Positions 9,603 through 19,111 of a DNA stretch of 64,000 nt are shown one piece after another. The stretch lies in NCBI RefSeq assembly GCF_946221935.1, contig NZ_CAMIGN010000001.1, forward strand, positions 264,990 through 328,989. The letters are read 5' to 3'. A program made the position numbers and the translations under genes. The notes beneath the pieces are model-generated. The model did no database searches, had not been told where the DNA came from, and saw only the letters and a program-made list of their open reading frames with translations. The stretch comes from an uncultured Corynebacterium sp. Its GTDB lineage: Bacteria > Actinomycetota > Actinomycetes > Mycobacteriales > Mycobacteriaceae. Position 1 is the stretch's first letter. Each line of letters opens with the position of its first letter.

Positions 9603-11474
9603 ATGCGCACCACCTCTTGGACACCTCGCCGCGCCATCACCGCCGCCGTCACGACGGCTGGGCTCGCTCTGGGCGTTGCTGCCTGCACCCCGAAACCCGA
9701 TGTTGCTGATGACGCCGCACAGGCCTTCCTAGCGGCTCTTTCCATTCCCGGCGAGGCCTCCACCGCGGGAGGGGAGACCGATAACCCTGACAAGGCCACG
9801 CAAGCTATCTCACAGGCGTGGGCGTCTCTGCAGGCCGAAGGCCTGCAGACCGAGCTGAAGGGCGTCAATACCCAGGACAATCAGGCAACCGCACAGTACG
9901 AACTGCGCTGGGACCTGCCCGGCGGACGTAAGTTCGCCTATGAGTCCTCCATGACTCTTACTCGCACGGGGAACGATTGGTCCGTGCGCTGGCAGCCGGC
10001 GGTTCTTCACCCGGAGCTGGGTGCGAACCAACACCTGGAGCTGCGTAGCGTGCCGGCGAAAGTGGCAAATGTCGTAGGGTCCGATGGCGCGGTGCTGTTG
10101 GAACCTGGTAGGCAGTACCGCATTCTTGTCGACAAGGACAAGGTCGCCGATGTTCTCGGAACTATGCGGCGCATTGTCGGCGAGCTCGACGCTTTGCGTG
10201 GTGCCGATAAGTCGGTTCCGAGTATCGACCCGGTGAAGAAGGCCGACGAGGCCAAAGACGTAGATGGTGAGTACTCGGTACTGACGGTCAATCAGGCCCA
10301 AGGTAAGCGTTTGGAAGGTGCCCTTGGTGGCGTTGAGGGCGTGCGGATGAACGAAGAGCCTTCCCTGGTGCGCCCGGATCCGTCCTTTGCGCCGGACATC
10401 ATGGCCCGCGTGCGCAGCGTTGTTGAAGAAGACCTGCAGGGAGAAAATGGCTGGAAGGTAGTCGCTGCTACCAGCGAGGGGAATGAAGTTGCGAAGGTCG
10501 GGGGAGAGGACCCGAAGGCTTCTCCAAGCGTGCACGTGTCTCTGTCGCGCAAGGTGCAGGAGGCAGCGCAGAAGGCAGTGGATACTCGCGCCGATTCGAA
10601 GACGATGATGGTTGTCATGCGTCCTTCCACTGGCGAGGTGTTGGCCGTCGCGCAGTCGGAGAAGGCCGACGAAGATGGAAACGTCGCCCTCATGGGACAG
10701 TATCCTCCGGGTTCGACGTTCAAGATGCTCACGGCCTATGCGGGTCTGCAGAAGCAGGGCCTGACTCCGGATTCCATTGTCGGCTGCCCCGGCACTCAGG
10801 ATATTGGCGGGCGTATCGTGACGAATTACAACAGTTTCTCTCTGGGAAGCACGCAACTGGAAAATGCTTTCGCTAAATCGTGCAACACTACCTTCGCGGA
10901 TATCTCTACCAAGCTGAAGCCTGGCGAACTGAAGGACGTTGCCTCGCAGTTTGGCCTGGGAGCCGATTACGACATCGAGGGGCTAGATACCATCACCGGT
11001 TCCGTGCCCGAGGGCGAAAAGATGCTCGACCGTACTGAGGCGGGGTATGGCCAGGGTCTCGACCTGGCAAGCCCGTTTGGTATGGCCATGGTGGCCTCCA
11101 GCGTGGCTGCGGGACGGGCACCGACTCCTTATCTGATCAGCGGTGAGAACCATCACACGAAGGCTCAGAACGAAGAGGCCAAGACGGATGCTAAAAAGAA
11201 GCTGGATCCCAAGGTCATTGAACAGCTGCGGCGGATGATGCGCGCCGTGGTCACGAACGGCTCTGGATCTGGCGTAGCCGATGCCGGCGAGGTGTACGCC
11301 AAGACCGGTGAGGCGGAAATCAATGGGGGTTCGCACAGTTGGCTTGCCGGTTATCGCGGTGACCTGGCTTTCGCCACTCTGGTTGTGCTGGGCGGCGGGT
11401 CCGAACATGCCACGGCGGTAACGTCCAACTTCTTCAAGAACCTCGACGGGTCAGGAGCCAAGCGCCCGGAGTAG
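9603..11474 (+). CDS. Penicillin-binding lipoprotein (PBP-lipo, a class-A-like transpeptidase with an NTF2-like N-terminal domain)
   Basis: A lipoprotein signal '[10 protein letters not shown]' is present. The active-site motif is '[13 protein letters not shown]' (SxxK), and a 'KTGEAE' (KTG) box follows. The position upstream of map matches M. tuberculosis Rv2864c–Rv2861c synteny. Confidence 0.8.
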   Translation: MRTTSWTPRRAITAAVTTAGLALGVAACTPKPDVADDAAQAFLAALSIPGEASTAGGETDNPDKATQAISQAWASLQAEGLQTELKGVNTQDNQATAQYELRWDLPGGRKFAYESSMTLTRTGNDWSVRWQPAVLHPELGANQHLELRSVPAKVANVVGSDGAVLLEPGRQYRILVDKDKVADVLGTMRRIVGELDALRGADKSVPSIDPVKKADEAKDVDGEYSVLTVNQAQGKRLEGALGGVEGVRMNEEPSLVRPDPSFAPDIMARVRSVVEEDLQGENGWKVVAATSEGNEVAKVGGEDPKASPSVHVSLSRKVQEAAQKAVDTRADSKTMMVVMRPSTGEVLAVAQSEKADEDGNVALMGQYPPGSTFKMLTAYAGLQKQGLTPDSIVGCPGTQDIGGRIVTNYNSFSLGSTQLENAFAKSCNTTFADISTKLKPGELKDVASQFGLGADYDIEGLDTITGSVPEGEKMLDRTEAGYGQGLDLASPFGMAMVASSVAAGRAPTPYLISGENHHTKAQNEEAKTDAKKKLDPKVIEQLRRMMRAVVTNGSGSGVADAGEVYAKTGEAEINGGSHSWLAGYRGDLAFATLVVLGGGSEHATAVTSNFFKNLDGSGAKRPE

Positions 11475-11485
11475 AATGGTGCGAC

Positions 11486-12355
11486 ATGACTCGAGCACCA
11501 TTGACCCCTGGAAAGCCCACCCCCATCCGCACCGTGCCGGCCAATATTGAGCGCCCGGAGTACGCATGGAAGGACAGCGTTCAAGAAAACATTGGTGAGC
11601 CGTGGGTGCAGACGCCCGAGACGATCGAAAAGATGCGTGAAGCTAGCCGCATCGCCGCCGACGCACTGCACGCCGCCGGGGCTGCCGTCGCCCCCGGTGT
11701 GACCACCGACGAGATCGATCGCGTGGCGCACGAATACATGTGCGACCACGGCGCGTACCCCTCCACCCTCGGCTACCGGCACTTCCCGAAGTCCTGCTGC
11801 GTGAGCCTCAACGAGATCATCTGCCACGGCATCCCCGACAGCACCGTTATCCAGGACGGCGACATCGTCAACATCGACGTCACCGCCTACAAGAACGGCG
11901 TGCACGGCGATACCAACGCGACCTTCCTAGCCGGTGACGTCTCCGAAGAGCACCGCCTGCTGGTCGAACGCACCGAAAAGGCCATGTGGCGTGGCATTAA
12001 GGCCGTCAAGCCGGGCCGCCAGATCAACATCATCGGCCGCGTGATCGAGAGCTACGCCAAGCGCTTCGGCTACAACGTCGTGGAGGACTTCACCGGCCAC
12101 GGCGTTGGTCCGACCTTCCACAACGGCCTTGTTGTGCTGCACTACGACCGCCCAACCATGTACACCGACCTGCTGGAACCGGGCATGACCCTGACAATCG
12201 AGCCGATGATCAACCTCGGCGGCCTTGACTACGAAGTCTGGGACGACGACTGGACCGTCCAGACCAAGGACCGCCAGTGGACCGCGCAGTTCGAGCACAC
12301 CCTGCTGGTCACCGAGGACGGCTACGAGGTTCTCACAATTTCCAGCGAGTCCTAG
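11486..12355 (+). CDS. map: Methionine aminopeptidase type I
   Basis: 'CHGIPD', '[10 protein letters not shown]', and '[13 protein letters not shown]' and 'EPMINLG' metal-ligand blocks are present. The length is 289 aa. Confidence 0.9.
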   Translation: MTRAPLTPGKPTPIRTVPANIERPEYAWKDSVQENIGEPWVQTPETIEKMREASRIAADALHAAGAAVAPGVTTDEIDRVAHEYMCDHGAYPSTLGYRHFPKSCCVSLNEIICHGIPDSTVIQDGDIVNIDVTAYKNGVHGDTNATFLAGDVSEEHRLLVERTEKAMWRGIKAVKPGRQINIIGRVIESYAKRFGYNVVEDFTGHGVGPTFHNGLVVLHYDRPTMYTDLLEPGMTLTIEPMINLGGLDYEVWDDDWTVQTKDRQWTAQFEHTLLVTEDGYEVLTISSES

Positions 12356-12380
12356 CCCGACCGACTAACCTCCCAGAAGT

Positions 12381-12932
12381 ATGGGAGACAAAACTACACC
12401 TCTGGGGCCCGGCCCTGTATCGCGTAAGCAGCACCTGCGCCGCCTCGGCCCGTTCGGCGCCTTCGCCACGCGCATCGGGGCCCGCGTAACCAAGAAGAAG
12501 AACCTCGGAGTGTTCGCCACCATCGGCCGCGCCCCGCGGTTGTTCTTCTTCTGGCTGCTCTACGGTGGCTCGATGATGCCCTTCGGCTACCTCTCGCGCA
12601 TCGAAACCGAAATGATCATCCTCCGCGTCGCCTACCTGCGCGGCAGCGCCTACGAAGCCGACCAGCACCGTGCCCTCGCGGCGAGGGTTGGGGTTAAGGA
12701 TATCGACGCCCTATTCCAACCCGAACACGGCTTTACTGGCCGTCCAGGCACGTTGCTGGACGCCGCCGAGCAGCTCGTCCGCGATCGTGGGCTTTCCGCC
12801 GATATGGCTCAGCGCGTGCGGGATCGGCTGAGTGAGCGGGAGCAGGTTGCGTTCGTCATGCTAGTCACAAACTACGACGGCCTGGCCACGGCGCTGGACG
12901 TCATGGGAGTCCCGGTCGACGAGCCACGCTAG
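12381..12932 (+). CDS. Carboxymuconolactone decarboxylase (AhpD-like) family protein
   Basis: The 183-aa ORF has an AhpD-like core 'RVAYLRGSAYEADQHRALA…' preceded by a basic N-terminal extension. The start is uncertain. Confidence 0.6.
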   Translation: MGDKTTPLGPGPVSRKQHLRRLGPFGAFATRIGARVTKKKNLGVFATIGRAPRLFFFWLLYGGSMMPFGYLSRIETEMIILRVAYLRGSAYEADQHRALAARVGVKDIDALFQPEHGFTGRPGTLLDAAEQLVRDRGLSADMAQRVRDRLSEREQVAFVMLVTNYDGLATALDVMGVPVDEPR

Positions 12933-14080
12933 GCCGCCCGTCGACGATTCTCTGCCCGCTGGGCGAAGGTTTCTCGTCCTAGCGGACCGTTCGGTGCCGT
13001 CATCACCGTGTGCCCGTCGCCGTGGCTTGTCCAGGTCTCGTTGCCGTCGGGGTGGATGGTGACGTCCCAGGATCCTGTCGTCTTCGCGTTGTGGTGCTTC
13101 GTGCACAGGCAATGAAGGTTTGAGGTGGACGTAGGCCCTCCTGCCTGCGGGTTTTCGTGGTCGTAGCGCTGCACGTGGTCCAGCTGGCACTTGTGTGCGG
13201 GCACCGAACATCCCGGGAAGCGGCAGGTTCCGTCGCGGCCCTCCACGCTGGCCCGCACCAGAGGTGTGGGGGAGTAGCCCTCGTTGCTCGCCGTACCGGG
13301 GAACTGGACGTGCGTAACGCGGTCCTTCCATCTCTGCGTGGCCTTTGAGCTGACCCAGCCACCCGCGGCCCAGATCTGGGCATCCGGCTGATCCGTACTT
13401 TGATACAGGTTTAGCGTGATGTCTGCCGTGGTCTGCCTGCGCACCAGGCGCATCAGGGCTTCGGCGCGGGAACAGGAGTTGTTCTTCACCACGTTGTTGA
13501 GTGTCCGTTGAAGCTCTAGCCCTTCGAGCTTGGGTAGCGTCAAGAAGAAAACAGTGGTGGTATCCGGGCGATCGTCGATTTCTAGGCGCTTGTTGGAGCC
13601 GTCTTCGGTGTCGGCCGAGTCTTCCGGGAGTGCAAGGGGGTCGTACTTGCGAATGATTCTTTCTAGCCGGCTGCGGATCGTGGCCCTGGCTAGCATTGCC
13701 TGGTTGGGCACGGTGGGGGAGATCGCTTGAAAAATTTTTTCCTCGAAGATTTCAGGGATGTTCTGGCTGACCGGGCTGAGGCATTCGGCCATGCATCGAA
13801 GCAGGTCAAGAGAGTAAGCGCCCGTATTTGCTGCCTCACGGATAGTGGGGAATCGGCGGAACATGTGGCCGATCTCAACCAGAGTGAGTGCCCTGTATTC
13901 CGTTAAACCCAAGCGCACTGCGAGGCGTGTGGAAACGTCGATAACACACTCGTCTATCTCGGGAGTGCAGGCCACGGCGAGTTTGACGTGGCCGCGGTTG
14001 ATTTCGCATGTTGCGGCACTCAATGGATCGCACGGATCGGTGACGCGCCAGCAGGGTGTGGTGGTGGAATGCTCGAACAC
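12929..14080 (-). CDS. DUF222 / HNH endonuclease (REP13E12-family) protein
   Basis: The C-terminal HNH signature reads 'CSVPAHKCQLDHVQRYDHENPQAGGPTSTSNLHCLCTKHHNAKT'. The preferred GTG start at 14080 (VFEHS…) has an AAGGGG SD. The track ORF extends about 106 codons further, through AT-rich, Cys/His-rich sequence that is unlikely to be coding. Confidence 0.75.
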   Translation of the reverse strand: MFEHSTTTPCWRVTDPCDPLSAATCEINRGHVKLAVACTPEIDECVIDVSTRLAVRLGLTEYRALTLVEIGHMFRRFPTIREAANTGAYSLDLLRCMAECLSPVSQNIPEIFEEKIFQAISPTVPNQAMLARATIRSRLERIIRKYDPLALPEDSADTEDGSNKRLEIDDRPDTTTVFFLTLPKLEGLELQRTLNNVVKNNSCSRAEALMRLVRRQTTADITLNLYQSTDQPDAQIWAAGGWVSSKATQRWKDRVTHVQFPGTASNEGYSPTPLVRASVEGRDGTCRFPGCSVPAHKCQLDHVQRYDHENPQAGGPTSTSNLHCLCTKHHNAKTTGSWDVTIHPDGNETWTSHGDGHTVMTAPNGPLGRETFAQRAENRRRAA

Positions 14081-14228
14081 GGTATTGCCCCTTTTTGCCT
14101 GTTCGCAGGTGGTGTGGTGGTGTTGCCAAAAAATTTTTCTTGGCTTGTGTGGGCAGTATATAAACCGCTCCGGACAACCCCTTTGCGTAGAGGAGTAATT
14201 AATCGAACAGCGAACTAGAAATTTTTTT

Positions 14229-14271
14229 GTATTACCCGTAGTAACACAGTGTGTGTTAGTATATGTAATAC
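14229..14271. promoter_or_regulatory. 43-nt near-perfect palindrome immediately upstream of the GntR gene, likely its auto-operator
   Basis: In 'GTATTACccgtagtaacacagtgtgtgttagtatatGTAATAC', the outer 7-bp arms are perfectly complementary. The inner arms 'gtagtaacaca' and 'tgtgttagtat' match at 9 of 11 positions. It lies between the AT-rich promoter and the GGAGG SD of the regulator. Confidence 0.45.
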
Positions 14272-14296
14272 AGATTCTGAAGGAGGTTTTCGTCCC

Positions 14297-14668
14297 ATGT
14301 ATCTCATCGTGGAGCCCGACTCGCCTGTGCCGATCGCTCAACAGATCCACGACGGAATCGTGGCGGGGATTATCTCCGGCGAACTGCAAGACGGACAATC
14401 CTTGCCTTCAGTGAGGCGGTTGGCGGTGGAATATGGCGTCAATCCCGCAACAGTGAAGAAGGCATACGACCAGCTACAAGAAGACGGGCTAGTGCTCACG
14501 GCGGCGCGATCGGGCACCGTGATTACGCGGCCTAAGCGGCCTAGCGCACAGCAGCGCGAACAGCTGCGCGAGGATCTGCGGGCCACGGTGTGGCGGGCGC
14601 TCGCGCAAGGCTTCAAGACAGATGACATTTGCGCGACGGCTGACGACCTCGCGGTGAAGTGGGAATAG
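14297..14668 (+). CDS. GntR-family transcriptional regulator (short YtrA-like subfamily)
   Basis: The winged helix-turn-helix 'LPSVRRLAVEYGVNPATVKKAYDQLQEDGLV' is followed by a short C-terminal domain. A GGAGG SD sits 10 nt upstream of ATG 14297. Confidence 0.8.
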   Translation: MYLIVEPDSPVPIAQQIHDGIVAGIISGELQDGQSLPSVRRLAVEYGVNPATVKKAYDQLQEDGLVLTAARSGTVITRPKRPSAQQREQLREDLRATVWRALAQGFKTDDICATADDLAVKWE

Positions 14669-14678
14669 GAGAACCATC

Positions 14679-15758
14679 ATGATTGCATTCGATCCATTCC
14701 TGGCAGGAGTGTTTTGCGTAACAGCGCTGCTTGTGGGGCTGATCCTGGTGTACACGCCAAAGCTGTCGTCGCCGGGCGTACGGTTGGGCGTGCGCGTTCC
14801 GGAGACACATTGGGGCGACGATGTTGTGCGGCGACAAGAGGGTACGTTCCTTAAACGGCAGGTTGCAGCGGCTGTGGTTTCTGCGCTGCTGGCGATACCT
14901 GCCGCTGTGGTGCCAGTGGTTGGCGCAGTGCTGACCCTCGTGCCGGTGGGTTTCTTTATGTGGAACCTCAACCAGGCTGGGCAGCCAATACGCGAGGCTA
15001 AGCAGCGGGAAGGCTGGTTTGACGGCGTGCGCACGGTCGTGGCCGGGGAGATCACGCCGGTAGAGGACACATCTCCGCAGCGTGCATGGGCCTTCACCTG
15101 GGCAGCACTGGCTGTGCTTGCTGTCGCGGCCGGGTACGTGGCCGCGCGGTGGGGTGATATTCCGGAGCGCTTCGCCACTCATTTCGGCAGTGGCTTCGAA
15201 CCAGATAGTTGGGATAACAAGTCTGTGGGTTCGGTGTTCTTCCCGACGTTCTTTGGTGTGGGAATGGTGCTGCTTTTTGCGCTGATTACGGTCGTATTGT
15301 TGCGCGTTAGCGTGCCGGCCCGAGCTGATACGTCGCTGCGGGGGAAGGTCTCGCAGAAGATCATTCGGCGTCATACGGCGATGTGGCTGGCGGTGATGAA
15401 CGTTGCGGTGGCCATCATGTGCGCTAGCCTGCAGGTTGTGACCGTGCTGCACACGGACTGGGTGGCTCCGGCCATAATCGGTTCGCTCGTGCTCGTGTTT
15501 GCGGTTTGTCTGGCCATGGTCGTGGCTCTGGCGAGGAAGCAGTCCGCGCTAGCGAACACGAGCGGCGAGGGGCAGGACAACGACGAGCACTACAAGTGGG
15601 GCATGTTCTACTACAACCCGGAGGATCCGGCCGTGATGGTCGACAAGCGCTTCGGGGTTGGCATGGACTTCAACTACGCCCACTGGCAGGGCAAGGCGTT
15701 CCTCGCTTTTATTGCGCTCGTGTTGCTCGCCTCGATCTCGTTGCCGTTCTTACTTTGA
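14679..15758 (+). CDS. Polytopic membrane protein with a DUF1648 (SdpI/YhfL-like) domain
   Basis: The 359-aa ORF has about 8 transmembrane helices. 'DIPERFATHFGSGFEPDSWDNKS' resembles the DUF1648 N-terminal signature. It is immediately downstream of the YtrA-like regulator, and the stop and start are separated by 10 nt. Confidence 0.55.
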   Translation: MIAFDPFLAGVFCVTALLVGLILVYTPKLSSPGVRLGVRVPETHWGDDVVRRQEGTFLKRQVAAAVVSALLAIPAAVVPVVGAVLTLVPVGFFMWNLNQAGQPIREAKQREGWFDGVRTVVAGEITPVEDTSPQRAWAFTWAALAVLAVAAGYVAARWGDIPERFATHFGSGFEPDSWDNKSVGSVFFPTFFGVGMVLLFALITVVLLRVSVPARADTSLRGKVSQKIIRRHTAMWLAVMNVAVAIMCASLQVVTVLHTDWVAPAIIGSLVLVFAVCLAMVVALARKQSALANTSGEGQDNDEHYKWGMFYYNPEDPAVMVDKRFGVGMDFNYAHWQGKAFLAFIALVLLASISLPFLL

Positions 15759-16571
15759 CGCCCATCGGAACCCAGCGTTAAGCGCCTTCATCGCGCCTTT
15801 GTAAGCCCAGGGGGCGTTGACCTGCGCCCAGCGGGCAATAGGGATGTCGGGGCTGGTGTTGATGAGGTACTTGCCCTTGTCCACGCCCTTCAAAATTTTT
15901 TGAGCCGCCTTGGCTGGAGTGACCGCGTGGCCCTGGAACAGGGCCGTTGCTTTCTGTATGCGCTTCTTGGAGCGATCCACGCCGTGGATGTCAATGGTGC
16001 GTACCAGGGGAGTGTCCACCGCGCCGGGGGCAACGGCGTGCACGTCCACGCCGTAAGGGGCCAGGTCGAAGCGCAGCACCTCGCACATGCCAAGTACACC
16101 ACCCTTGGAGGCGGAATACGCCGCGTGCCACGGCAGCCCGATGATGCCGGCGGCGGAGGAGACGAACACGAACTTCCGGCGCCCCTCGCCGCGTTCCATG
16201 AGCCCCGGTGCGAAGGCCTCCACCATGTGCACGGACCCCATCAGGTTCACGTCGATCACGCGCTGCCATTTCTCGTGCGGCATCGTTCGCACGTCGCCCC
16301 AGATGGCAATGCCAGCCACGTGGTGCACCTGGTCGGGAATGCCGTGGGCGGCAATGATGTCCTCCGCCCAGGCCTTTACAGCATCCACGTCAGTGACGTC
16401 GACAGTGCGCTGATCGGCGACGGTGCCGCCACGAGCGGAGATGTCACTGGCGGTGGAAGCGAGTCCCTTCTCGTCGCGATCGCTGATGGCGACTGCATAG
16501 CCCCGTTCTGCCAGTTGCAGTGCTACCTCCCGACCGATTCCCGAGGCGGCTCCAGTGACGACTGCGAACAT
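15750..16571 (-). CDS. Short-chain dehydrogenase/reductase (SDR)
   Basis: The Rossmann motif 'VVTGAASGIGRE' is present. The catalytic 'YSASKGG' is present. It sits downstream of mtr, as in M. tuberculosis Rv2857c. Confidence 0.85.
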   Translation of the reverse strand: MFAVVTGAASGIGREVALQLAERGYAVAISDRDEKGLASTASDISARGGTVADQRTVDVTDVDAVKAWAEDIIAAHGIPDQVHHVAGIAIWGDVRTMPHEKWQRVIDVNLMGSVHMVEAFAPGLMERGEGRRKFVFVSSAAGIIGLPWHAAYSASKGGVLGMCEVLRFDLAPYGVDVHAVAPGAVDTPLVRTIDIHGVDRSKKRIQKATALFQGHAVTPAKAAQKILKGVDKGKYLINTSPDIPIARWAQVNAPWAYKGAMKALNAGFRWASK

Positions 16572-16587
16572 GGCGAAGGCTCCTTCA

Positions 16588-17958
16588 TTAGTTTTCGAGA
16601 TCTAACCCCAGCAGGGCGTTCTCGACCAATTCTGTCAGAGCAGGGTGGGGCCAATACTGCTTTTCGGCGAAATCGCGTGCAGTGATGCCAAAGGTCATGG
16701 CGGTGACAAAGCTTTGGATCAACGAGCTGGCCTCTGGCCCCATAATGTGTGCTCCAAGAATCTCGCCGGTGGTGCGGTCGGCAATTACCTTGCAGAAACC
16801 AGTGGTGTCTTCCATTGCCCAGCCGTAGGCCACGTCGCCGTACTTTTGGATCTTTACGGCGATGGGGCGGTCAGTCGCGCGGGCTTCGGCCTCGGTCATG
16901 CCCACTACGCCGATCTGCGGATGTGTGAACACACCGCTCGGAACCACCTCGTGATTGAACTTCCGCAGGTCGTCGGAGTGTGCGAGATTGTGCGCCACCA
17001 CGCGAGCCTCGGCGTTGGCCACATGCTTGAGCTCGAAATCATTGCAGGCATCGCCCAGCGCCCACACACCCTCGGCGCTGGTGCGGCCGTACTCGTCGAC
17101 CTCTATTCGGCCGTTCTCGGTGGTATTGACGCCACCCTTTTCACAATCCAACGTGTCCGAATTATTGACCCGACCCATCGCTACAAGAACCTCCTCGCCA
17201 GTGACGATGGTTCCATCGTCCAGGGTGAGAGAGACCTGCCCGTCAGCGGTTTCCTCGGCAGCGGTAATGGTGCGCCCGAGGTGGTTAGTCCACTGAGAGT
17301 CTGCCTGAGTTGTAAAAGCCTCGGAGATGTCGGCGTCCAACTTCCGCAACAGCTTGTCCGAGCGATTGATAAGCGTGACTTGGGTGCCGAGGCCAGAAAA
17401 CATCGCTGCGAACTCGACGGCGACGATGCCACCGCCGACGATGATGAGAGACTTAGGCAGTTCGGCGAGACGCATGATGTCCTCGTTCGTGCGGTAACGC
17501 ACATTGGCTAGCGCGGGGTGGGGGCGTGGGCGACCACCGGTGGCGAGAACGATATTGGTGCCCGTGATGGTGGGGCCATCGTCGATCTGCAGAGTGCGTG
17601 GGCCGACGAAACGGGCAGTGCCTTCGAAGAGGGTGATATTTGGGGTTTCGTTCCCTGCGCGGTACTCCGCACCGGCATGGCTAATGGGATCAATGCGGTC
17701 GCCGAAGACGCGCTGCTGGATACCCTTCCAATCGACGTGCTCGAGCGAGCCGGTGAGGCTTAGGCGGGATGCCTCGGAGAAACCGCGGGCGACGTCGGCG
17801 GTGTGGACGAACATCTTGGTAGGGATGCAACCGACGTTGATGCAAGTGCCGCCGAAAGTGCCCTTTTCAACGATGGCGATTCTTTGGTGCTCGTTGGCTG
17901 GGCTGGGCAAAGAGTTACCAGAGCCCGTGCCAACGATGATGAGGTCAAAATTATCCAT
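16588..17958 (-). CDS. mtr: Mycothione reductase (flavoprotein disulfide reductase)
   Basis: The FAD-binding 'DLIIVGTGSG' and the redox-active disulfide motif 'GGTCINVGCIPTK' are present. ATG 17958 has a GGAAG SD. The track's 47 upstream codons are P/S-rich and not credible. Confidence 0.75.
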   Translation of the reverse strand: MDNFDLIIVGTGSGNSLPSPANEHQRIAIVEKGTFGGTCINVGCIPTKMFVHTADVARGFSEASRLSLTGSLEHVDWKGIQQRVFGDRIDPISHAGAEYRAGNETPNITLFEGTARFVGPRTLQIDDGPTITGTNIVLATGGRPRPHPALANVRYRTNEDIMRLAELPKSLIIVGGGIVAVEFAAMFSGLGTQVTLINRSDKLLRKLDADISEAFTTQADSQWTNHLGRTITAAEETADGQVSLTLDDGTIVTGEEVLVAMGRVNNSDTLDCEKGGVNTTENGRIEVDEYGRTSAEGVWALGDACNDFELKHVANAEARVVAHNLAHSDDLRKFNHEVVPSGVFTHPQIGVVGMTEAEARATDRPIAVKIQKYGDVAYGWAMEDTTGFCKVIADRTTGEILGAHIMGPEASSLIQSFVTAMTFGITARDFAEKQYWPHPALTELVENALLGLDLEN

Positions 17959-18994
17959 GATGGATCTTCCTTTCGTTGAAGACATCCGTGAGCCACTCGT
18001 CGGCGGCGGCGAAGGCTCGCGCGCGAACCGAGGGCCGGGAGAGGAAAACATCGTGCAGGGCACCCTCGATGACAATGGTGGTGGAAAGGGATGCGGCATT
18101 GGAAGCCTGCTGCCACATCTGGCTGGGCATAAGGATGAGGTCTGCGTTATAGTACTGCCGGGAGAGCTTCTTGGAAAAGTGGTGAGTGTGGCTAGTGAGG
18201 ATCAGCGTAGGAACGCCGGTGTCACCCTTGCCAGAGTGCAGGCGGCGGATTTCACGGGCGACGCCGAGTAGCCATTGGATGTACTTGGGGCGGGGTTCTA
18301 GAGGCTTGAGACGCAGGTTGTAGTTCCACTCACCGGCCTCGGTGACGTGCAGAGATTTGCCGTAGACCGGGTTGATGCCACCGGGAAGCAGGAGGTTGGG
18401 CCTTAGCTTGTTGATGACAGGCAGCACGCGGTTAATGGCGAAGCGGACCACCGGATTGAACTGAAGACCAAACCACGGCGAGTTCAAGACGATGGCGGCG
18501 ATGGAGTTGTGGAGAGGGGATTTGGCGTCATAAAGGCGATGAGCCCACATCGTCACATCCAACCCGCCGGTCGAGTGTCCGACAGGAACCACCGTGCCGT
18601 GGGCGGCGGCCAAGAGCGCGGCGGCGGTAGAGAGATCCTCGTCGTAGAGCGACTGATCGCTGACATGGTGCCATGTCTGGCCTTCGCGCCAGGAGCGGCC
18701 GCACTTGCGAAGATCGATACCGTAGACGGCGAAGCCACGTTCATGGAAATGACGGGCGACGTGATCTTGGAAGAAATAATCCGTCATTCCATGGACAAAA
18801 AGCATGGCGGGGCGAGCGAAAAAGGAATCGTCGGCGGCGCCCGGGCAGTAACGCACCAGGGTGCAGCGAATGGGGGATTCGCCATCCGGGTCTGCGCCTA
18901 GTTCAAGGAAGCATTGTCCAAAGCCTTCGCCCAGTTCATCGGGCAAAAATGTGAGATCTGCGGCGGATGGTGGAATCGCGGGACTAGTAACCAT
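17951..18994 (-). CDS. Alpha/beta hydrolase (S33/lysophospholipase-like)
   Basis: 'VHGMTDY' and a nucleophile elbow 'GHSTGG' are present. The stop overlaps the mtr start by 8 nt. Confidence 0.75.
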   Translation of the reverse strand: MVTSPAIPPSAADLTFLPDELGEGFGQCFLELGADPDGESPIRCTLVRYCPGAADDSFFARPAMLFVHGMTDYFFQDHVARHFHERGFAVYGIDLRKCGRSWREGQTWHHVSDQSLYDEDLSTAAALLAAAHGTVVPVGHSTGGLDVTMWAHRLYDAKSPLHNSIAAIVLNSPWFGLQFNPVVRFAINRVLPVINKLRPNLLLPGGINPVYGKSLHVTEAGEWNYNLRLKPLEPRPKYIQWLLGVAREIRRLHSGKGDTGVPTLILTSHTHHFSKKLSRQYYNADLILMPSQMWQQASNAASLSTTIVIEGALHDVFLSRPSVRARAFAAADEWLTDVFNERKIHHG

Positions 18995-19111
18995 GCCCTC
19001 ATGCTAGCGCCACAGGTAGGCGGATATCGTTGAAACCTCGGCCTATAGGCGTAGAGTAAATATGACGCAATAACAGTCTAACTTTGACGCCTCCGAAGGA
19101 ATGAATACATA

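Noticed and set aside
17959-18099. A 47-codon N-terminal extension of the mtr ORF and similar 5' extensions of the dapB, rnj, truB, ribF, recA and dxr track ORFs.
   Set aside because: The track reports the longest ORF. The biologically sensible starts were chosen from SD position and conserved N-termini.
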